From Phaeosaccion multiseriatum (Eukaryota > Protista > Ochrophyta, other classes): a stretch of 64,000 bases of DNA. Below the pieces are notes generated by a model. That model was not told where the DNA came from and made no database searches. It was given only the letters and a program-made list of their open reading frames with translations. Positions within the stretch are counted from its first letter, which is position 1; every line of letters begins with the position of its first letter. This document shows positions 37,730 to 46,109 of the stretch, in pieces. The stretch lies in assembly GCA_965112735.1 (NCBI GenBank), contig OZ218957.1, positions 3,410,001 through 3,474,000 of the forward strand. The letters run 5' to 3'. The position numbers were made by a program, and so were the translations under genes.

Positions 37730-40542
37730 CTAACCCAGGACGCACTTATGCAAGGCCGAGTTGTAAACGTCGGGCAAGGAACCGTTGCGCATCCCGGAGC
37801 TCAGGTACGCCCGAAAGAGGCGAGTTCTCTCTGCCTCATACTCTTCGCAGGTCAGACACGGCAGCCCACACGCGGCCAAGAAGCGGTCCACGGTCTCCTT
37901 CTTTGCCCCCGCCGCACTAGACAAAATCGCTACACCGTCGTCCCTTTCCCAGCTGTTGTCTTGCTCAACACCATAGAGCACTTTGCGCATGGGGCTGGTG
38001 TCTGCCACAGCCAATTTCGACATGAATAGAGCTGTTGCCGGACCGCAAGAATTCGAGCCGGCCTTCTGCTGTGGCACACCAACAAAGACCTGCCGGAATC
38101 GGAGGGCTGCCGTCCCAGGGGCTCTTTCGTCCTCCATGACCTTCTCCACATACACCTGCGTCGCTTGGAGCACTCGCTTCGAAGGGTGGTGACCGAGGCG
38201 CCCATTTCGGACCGTATCAAAGTGCAGAATGTACGCCATAGCACCCTCCCCGTCGTCACTAGCTGCAGAGGTAGGTAGAAGGACAGCGACAGTCGAGAAA
38301 TGGCCGCTGAAACTCGCAGGGAGGACGAGGAGCTCACACTTCGTCATTGTAAGACCAGACTCCCTGTAACCTTTCGGCAGGAACCCTTTCGGAGCCGTCG
38401 CCAACACGTTGGGCATGGGGGAGTTCTCCACAGCTGGGTTGAAAATGTGACCAAGAGACGCGCACGGGAGTAGTGCCCTGTTTCCGTTCACGGATACAGT
38501 GGTCATCATCGCGTCCAAAAAGAAGGAGGTGTACTCCCCCTTTTCCTTGTGCATGTCCTGCTCAGCGCCGAGGACAAGCAGCCTCGCCTTCATGTCCCCT
38601 GTCAGCTGCTCAGCTTCGGCCACTGATTGTGCCGCAGGCATGGCCCTGCTTTTCTTCTGGTGGGAAGAAGGGCTGCTGCCCCCCTCCTGCTCCTCCTCCT
38701 CCTCCTCCTCCTGCTCCTCCTCCTCCCCCCCCTCCTGCTCCTCCTCCTCCTCCTCCTCCTCCTCCTCCTCCTCCTCCTCATCATCATCACCACCACCATC
38801 ATCCTCCTCCTCCTCCTCCTCCTCCTGCTCCTCCTCCTCCTGCTTCCCCAACGCCGTCTTCAGTAGGAAGTGAGAGAGTGCAGCTTGCATGCTTTTCTGA
38901 CCGCTCGATGAGTGGGAGTCTCTGTGGCGCTTAACGCCAGACAAATGAGTCCACTGAGGCTTGTACTTGCCCTTCCCGGCGCTCTGACAAGCAGGCCTGG
39001 TGCACACAACAGATACCAGCATATCCAATGATGTTCTGGCGTGTCTGATGGAGAAGTTCGCTTTGGCCTCAAGCTGAATCAAAGCTGGCGTATGGATCTT
39101 CACGAAGCTTGCTGCATCACCGACCTTGCTTCCGCTGAGAGTTTGCATCTCCACATCAGGCATTTCCCGCAAAAGATAAAAGAACTTGGTTCCTTGCGCG
39201 TGGAGCCAGCTCTTCGCCTTCTTCGTCAGTGCCCCCTCTTGCCCCGCCTTCCCGCCTTTCGTCCCGCCGGCACTCTCTCCCTCACTATCACTGGTGGTCT
39301 CACTGACACGGGCAGCACCACCTCGATGACCTGCCTTCTTGGGTGGGGTATGGGTCGAAAAATCTGTGGCGCTGTCCAGAGATTGGGTAGGGAAAGACAG
39401 GCAAATTTGCACGTTCTCCTGCTGTCTCGCCCCTGATTTCGGGCGTAGCTCGCAGTACAGATCCAGTCTCCACCGTTTGTCGGGATCGATACGGCCCGGA
39501 GGGAAAGTGTAGAACGAGCGCACCTGTATTGGGTGTGTGTTGGAGAAAGAGACAGAGAGGGGCGGGGGGGGGGCGGGTTTAAGAAAGGGTTGCTGCCGTA
39601 GCAGACAATGCACAAACATCGAGAGGCAGTTGTACCCGACACGTACCACGCGGCGCAGGGAGACGTCGTCGCGGATTGTATCCAACCCTCTGCCACGTCT
39701 GAATGCCGTGGAGGCTCTGATCGTGATGTCGTTCTTCTTTTGTTCCGTCTGAAAGAGCAATTCGCTGGTCAAATGTCCACGGAAGGCCTTGAAGCTGGAG
39801 AATCGCTTGTCTTCATTAGCCAGCTGGAACGTGTAGGGCAAGGTCTCGAAGAGCTCGGTCGTGTTGCAGGACACCGATGTGCCGAGACTGAAATCAGCCT
39901 CGACGGGGTTGAGGCATCCTCTTGGAAATGTCCCCACATGCGCGAACATGAGAGGGGTAGGTTTTGCCTGTCCCATCCCTGCACTCAGGGGCAAGGCATA
40001 ATCGAAGTCTTGTGCCTCAGAAGACGATGCCAAGGTTGCCGTACTCTGGAGATAGGTGTCCTCAAGCCGCCCCCCCTCCTCCCACCCCAGCTCGTGAGAA
40101 GCGTGTTGTGAATGGCTGCTTCGGCGTACTTCCCTGTCGCTGGGACTTTGGTTCCGACGCATTTTCCTCGCGCCTGCTGGGAATCCTCTTTCGCTGGGAC
40201 TGCGGCCCCGTCTCCCTTTGCTTCGACCCTTTTCTCCTTCCCTCCTCCCTCCTCCTCCTCCGGATCTGGGTCGGCTCCGACTCCTGCTGGTACTTCTCCC
40301 TGCCCTCCTCCTCTCGGTGTCCTTCCCCCTACTCCGACTCCTGCTGGCATTTCTCCCTCGCTTCCTCCTCTCACTGTGCTTCTCCCTGCTCCAACTCCTG
40401 CTGGCACTCCTCCCTCTCCTCGCCCTCTCAGGGGCCTTCTCCCGGCTCCGACTCCTGCTGCCAACTGGACTTGGCGTGCCTCTCCTGCTGTTGTAGTAGT
40501 CGCCCCCCCCCCCCAACTCCTCCCTCCATCGCGGCCAGACAT
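37730..40542 (-). CDS. Transposon-borne Ulp1/SENP-like (C48) cysteine protease with RS-rich N-terminus, putative Zn finger and acidic tract
   Basis: LLVLPASFSGHFS (His), YILHFDT (Asp) and VPQQKAGSNSCG (Gln/Cys). Also CTRPAC..HRDSH and 4 x 19-aa RS repeats. Probable in-frame 123-bp intron at 39524-39646. The ATG at 40542 needs a 1-nt shift in the C12 run at 40503-40514. Confidence 0.8.
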
Positions 40543-40638
40543 GAAGGACTTTTGAACCAGTGGGGCCCAGCCATGGGCCCAGCCAGCTATAAGCCAATAA
40601 AGATTCTGCCGTTTCACATTTGGCCACAAACAAAGGCG

Positions 40639-43600
40639 ATGGGCGCCGCGGGCTCGTCCGCGACAGAAGAAGACCATGGGCGGGTGGCTGTGACGGAAGA
40701 CGCGGACAGCGGGCGTGTAGAGCTTACCCGGGACGTAAACGATGTCGACATTGTTCCCTTTGCGATCCAATTCCATCTTGATCGAGGGCACTTTACTCGG
40801 AGTCACTTCATGTATCAAACGGTGCATCGTTGGGTCATGAACAGCGGCCTTTGGTCCAGGCGTCAGACTGTGGCCGCGAGCAAGCAGCTCAATGGCTACG
40901 AGACGCTGCGACAGTTTAATGAGACCCAGCAGAACGTATTTGGTTCAGCATGCTCCATGCTCTCCTATGGGGCACCCCGCAGAAAGAAGGTTCGTGGCCC
41001 CAACGTCTCCAGGGACCAGGCCATGAAGGACTACTTCCGCAGGGCGAACACAGGCGGCTTTCATCCGAGAGCACTCATTAGGCGCAGGCCTGGCCTAATC
41101 AAGAGGTACGGTCTGCAAGTCGAAGACATTATCAACGTCGTCAATGTCTTCGCCCGCTTCTGTGCCGACCAAGCCTACACTCTTGGCGACAAAGGCAACG
41201 AGAAGATTGTGGTTCCCGTGACTGTCCAAATGGATGGCTTCGTCATTGCCAAGGGCCATCATACTGATACAACCAGCCAAACCAATTGGGGCAATGCACA
41301 TCAGTTTGGAAATACAACACTGGAGCAGGCGAAGGCAATACTGGAAAAGTCTGATGCTCAGGTGCGTGGCGTCCCCTCCTTCCCACTGATCTTTCGGGGC
41401 AGAATCACTGTTGATCCATCGTCAATCTTAATCACGCCTCCTCGCTCGCTCGCTCACGCTGCAGCCCCGCCTTTGCTTCGCCTCCTGTCAACCCTCCCTT
41501 ATCGCTACTCGTTCTGTTCCAGCTGCGAGACGAGGACGCACCTAAGCTGGGTTCCGAGATGATGGAAGTTATGATGATGGATCTGAAAGGGGCATACACG
41601 GGCTCCATCGGTTTTCAGCTTCACACCGCAGGGGGTGACTACAAAAGTGTTGCCGCGAGCGTGACCGAAATCATGAAGGCGCTGCGTGTTTGCATCCCTT
41701 GTCTCGAGCTTTTCTGGCAGCGGATTCTGACGGGGGAGAACCCCTCGTGGGTGGAGATGGGCGAGGCGTGTGATTGCCACCAAGCTTGTCCCACCGGAGG
41801 GGAGGGTCCTTGCGGTGAAAGTGAGTGCGTTTGCGCGACTCAGTTCTCCAGCAGAGTCTGCTCGAGGTGCAAGAGGAAAGGGCTCGTGTGCAAGAGTCTC
41901 CGACCATTGTGCATCTCAACAGACTGTAATGGCGCACAGCTTGCCTTCATTCGGAAAATGGCGGCAAGAACCCTCGGAGAGGACGACCCCCTGGGGTGGT
42001 ATGAGGCACTGCCTGACGGGGCTCACCTTGTAAAGTGTGTTCGTGCTACGACATTCAATTGGTGGGTCGTCTGCCAGGGCTGGCTAGTCGGACTGCGAAC
42101 TCTTCGCGCCAGATTCCACGATCTGGACCCGGCTCGAAGTGAAGCAGTACAAGCCAATGTTGGCCTTGACGCCATTGAAAACAAGGATCCTTTCTCAGTG
42201 GAGAGCGCAATCGCTGTTACGACGGCGTCTCTGCAGTTGGCTCTACTCTCAGAGGAGGAGCGGGAGAAGCGCCGTGCTCTCGTGGGGGTGACCGTGTGCC
42301 CGGAGCCGTGGGGTTTCTGGCATCAGAACATGGCCTCGCAGACTCAGAAGCCGACTGGTATGGGCTACCATCATGGCTCTGGCATGATCTTCAACGCCGA
42401 TCGTTCAGGCAGGCATCTGCGCATGCTCAAGGCCCATCATGTGCCTTGTACCACAGAGGTTGTTCTGCGAGACGACTGCTTCCAGAGTCTTGGGTCTCTC
42501 GTCGTGGTTGGCGACTACGTGTACATGTGTGACAGTGGAGCGAATCAGATTTGGGTGGTGCATGTGCTGGCCGCTCTTCCAGGAAACAGGGGACCCCGCG
42601 CGGCGGCGGAGGAGGGCGACGATGATGATGACGACGACCAGCAACCGGACGGGCATGTAGCAGCGCGTGGTCGGGGGAGACAGACTCAGCAACGGCATTT
42701 GAATTTGAAGGCAGTGCCCTTGGTCCGTCGGATCCAGGAGCGTTGCACTTCTGAGGAGAATGTCCTCGAGGAGAGAGAAGAGGAGGGCATCCGTTGCCCC
42801 GTTGCCATTGCGCTTGCCGTGTCCTCTGAGCGCGCGTTCGACCTCTTTGTCACCCAAGAGGAACCTGGCGGGGGGGGAGCACTACACCGGCTCTCATTTG
42901 ACGCTGGCAACCCTTTTGCACCTGTGAGCGAGAAGCTGTGTGACCTACCCAAGGGACCTGCGGGCCTCACAGCACTCTCGCATGACTGCGTTGCCTGCAT
43001 CGCCGACAGCTCGCTTTTTGTCTGGGAGGGCAATGTGGAACGTGCCGGAGGACCAGAGGGTGGCAGTGGCAATGACGGAGATACACTCATGGCTCTGACT
43101 GATGACGAGGAAGATGGTACTGTTGAGAAGCCAAGGCGCGCACACCTCACGTGCGTGAAGTCTCACGTGGGGACTCAGCCTTGTGGACTCACGTTGGCCC
43201 CACCCGGTGCATACGATGATGAAGATATGATCGTCATCCTCATGCTAGATGAAGGTTTGCATGCGCTTGTCAAGGTTCTCCTTCGTCGTGACAGTGGGGT
43301 GCTAAGCTGGAAGGGATCATCCGTGCTGATGGGCGGACAGGGAAACACAGAACCCGGAGAGAGCACTGCCAGCGGTACGGCATCGAAAGTACCTTTGTTC
43401 AGACCTACGTTCGGCTGCTTCGTGTACAACGCTTTCTTCTTGTCCGACACTGGAAACCAGTGCATTCGAATGATCTCGGACTGCTACGTCTACGCCCAGC
43501 ACCTCATCCCACTACAACGGATGTTGAGTGAGGCGTATCAGCTCCAGGGCGAAGACTTGGATGAGAATGGCAAAGACATGCAAAACAACGCACGCACGAT

Positions 43601-45376
43601 GGAGGAGAGCATTGCCAAGCTTCATGTGGTCGACTTGGCTCTCAGTCACATGGGGAAAGCGATATCAGCTGCCACAGGCAAATCCCTGGTCTCTCTCCAG
43701 GGCCCTGAAGGAATGCCATCACGCGAAGTTCGAGGTGCTATCAAGGCGAGCCTGCAGGCACTACCTCGGATGCTACATCGGATGCTTGCAGAGGTGAGAA
43801 GGGGTGTGCGTGTGTGTGCGTGAGTGCGTGAGTAAAAACGTCCGTGTCCGTGGGCGCGTGCGTTTGGAAATCAGCCTTGCCCTTTCGTCTCACGGCTTCG
43901 CTGTTCGCTCCTTGCTTGATGCTTCCTCGCTCATTTCCGTCAGCAGGGAGTGCCTCGCGGCATCGTGGAGAAGATGCAGATGAGGAGCGTTTTGACCCTC
44001 AATGTTGAGACTTTCTTCACGAAGCAAAGGGAAGGCCGCCAGGATGTTCCAGACGCTCTTGAGTATGCCCGAAGAAGGGGCCTTGTGATGCTTCAGGCTG
44101 CGAAGAAGGCCAACCCCAGCATGGGCTTTGCCTACTGCACAAGCAGCGTCAACAGCAGCGGTCGAAAGCTCAGGGCGGGATACCAGCTGGAGCAAAACGA
44201 GAGCAGATTGGTGGCTTCACCCGTGTTGAAGCGACCAAGGGTAGCGGAGAAGCTTGACGAAGGGCAACGCAAGCAGCGCAAGAAGGACACGCAGACGCTT
44301 CGCAATGCGGCGGCTCGTCTTAGGAAGGTTCCGCAGCAGCGTGTAACCAACAAGAGGAAGTACAATGTTGGAGCGGCCCCGCGTTCGGTGGCGTTTGCTC
44401 CCAACTCTGCGCAAAGCAACGACCCGAGTGGATACCTGTCGCGCTTGCATGAGAGCTCGGGAGCGAGGAAGCGCGGACAGAAAGGACGGAAGACCGGTGA
44501 ATCCGTCCGAACTCGCATTCTCTACAGGGCAAATGACGTTGTGATAGTCAGGGCAGACAAGGGGTCGGAGGAGAGCTTTTTCTTGCACAGCTTCGCGTCG
44601 ATCTTCGGAAGGAGGTGATCGTCTCGAAGAAGGGACGAGGCTCCAAGCAGAAGGTGGTTCCGGCAAAGCCTGGTGTTTCATACTTTCACGTCGCTGAACA
44701 GGACTCTACCGACGAGTCCCAGGACGGGGATGGGGCTGCAGCAGTCGTCTACGAAGTCGACGGCGGGAAAGAGGCTTCTGTGTCTTGTGCTGCCATTTAT
44801 GGCGCATTGCCCCGCTACCACGAAGCCATGTACATCGAAGGCTCACATGCAGCTTCAGGAGGGGTGTGCGCGCAGAGAAGGCTTCGGAGGTTTGCCATCA
44901 CGGAGGAGCAGCACGAGGAGTGCAAGCAGATTGTCAACAGAGAGGCGGAGGGCCAAGAGGTGGCCAAGGCGATGGGATACGCCCCCCCCGACCCAAGCGT
45001 GCACATGGGAGAGGACATGTCTGAGGACGATAGCAGTGACGGCGAGCAGGAGGCGCTGAACCTGAGAACACTGCGCAAGAACATCATCGGAAAGGTGGTG
45101 GGGGCGATGTCCTCACGTGGGCGCACGGTAAACAAGCCCGAGAGTTATGGGGCTTTGTCTCGTGGCACGGCAAAAGCAGCAGACTCTAGCTCCAGCGAAG
45201 CCACTGCATGTCTAGTCTGTCAGAAAGATGTTGACCACGACAAAATGTTGCTATGTGACGGCTGCGATGAGGAGTTTCACACGTACTGCCTGACCCCTCC
45301 CCTCTCTACGCTTCCTGAAGGGGACTGGTATTGTGACGGAGTGAATGCTGCCTGCCCTAGTGGTAAAAGTGACTGA
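40639..45376 (+). CDS. Putative DDE transposase (DxxH type) with Cys-rich insert, NHL-like beta-propeller insertion and C-terminal PHD finger; exons 40639-41361, 41523-43793, ~43947-45376 with a 1-nt frameshift near 44577-44581
   Basis: Candidate catalytic residues: VTVQMDGF (~41233), CISTDC (~41922), LPDGAHLVKCVR (~42015) and LTLNVETFFTKQR (~44007). NHL-like blades: PTGMGY..IFNAD, VYMCDSGANQIWVV, FFLSDTGNQCIRMI. PHD: CLVC..MLLCDGCDEEFHTYCLTPPL..GDWYC. Both introns are phase 0 GT..AG. Confidence 0.78.
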
Positions 45377-45624
45377 TTGGCGAGCACAATGTCGATCGGG
45401 CCGTCCGCCGGCTGAGCTAGCGGAGAGCCAGTCAATCACAGGGCGGAGAGGTAGGGGTGCACGGGCAGCAGGTCAGCCAGGCCAGGCAGAGGGTGGACCT
45501 TGATATACTCCCTTAGGCATACTATACAAGAACTGACGCGAATTAATGGCAATGAAACACGTGTGAGTTGCTTCCTCCGCTCCTAGCCCCCCGCACGCGC
45601 ACCCTCCCACCCCCGACCCCGGGG

Positions 45625-45724
45625 GGGCGAATAGCACAAAACGCCGGCTGGCGCCGGCGATAGCACATAGCACGCCGGCTGGCGCCGGCAATAGCAGATA
45701 GCACGCCGGCTGGCGCCGGCGATA
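45625..45724. repeat. Right subterminal repeats of the transposon, 3 x ~31-bp unit
   Basis: Three copies of CGCCGGCTGGCGCCGGC separated by (G/A)ATAGCA(G/C)ATAGCA. Confidence 0.9.
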
Positions 45725-46109
45725 GCAGATAGCATAATAGCACGTCAGGGGTCGATTATCAGGCCTCCCCCCCCCTTGGAGAAACCTATTCCCCCTTCGC
45801 GGTCCGGCGGCAGAAAAAACAGAAAAAAATATGAAACCCCTTTTCCTTTTTCCTCCCTCCCCTTCGGATGAAGTAAAAACTAGCAAAGGTGAAAAAAACT
45901 GAGTCCGCATGCCGGAAGGCGAGGGGACGCGTTCCAACAGTAGCACCAAGGGGGTGGGGAGTAGAGCAAGGGAGGCGTGTGAAAAGGAGGGAGAGGAGCG
46001 AGAAAGAGCATAGGGAAGATTGCACGTGGAAGATTGGGTGGAGAAGGCGGGGGAGGGACACAAAACAACCGACGACTGCGGGGTGAAGGAGAGCGACACG
46101 GGTGGAGAT

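Larger units (their letters stand above)
37400..45755. mobile_element. 8,356-bp cut-and-paste DNA transposon, 31-bp TIRs (TCGACCCCTGACGTGCTATTATGCTATCTGC), 6-bp TSD TTATCA, two divergent genes
   Basis: Perfect TIRs at 37400-37430 and 45725-45755. TTATCA lies at 37394-37399 and 45756-45761. Subterminal repeats occur at both ends. The interior lacks host-type intronic microsatellites and encodes a DDE-like protein and a Ulp1-like protease. Confidence 0.93.

Noticed and set aside
39964-40638. ORF-track extension of the transposase ORF upstream to 39964, and antisense ORF 39985-40827
   Set aside because: These are shadows of the RS-repeat region of the opposite-strand gene. ATG 40639 is the more plausible start, though an in-frame ATG also exists at ~40573.
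37400-45755. Reading the element as piggyBac-like (CCC..GGG ends with a TCGA 4-bp target)
   Set aside because: Exact 6-bp duplications lie outside the TCGA in two independent insertions (TTATCA, TTGCCG), so TCGA belongs to the TIR. The protein has DxxH/E motifs rather than piggyBac DDD.
37400-45755. Polinton/Maverick (also 6-bp TSD and a cysteine protease)
   Set aside because: Too short. No pPolB, packaging ATPase, capsid or retroviral-type integrase seen; TIRs are short and do not start with AG.
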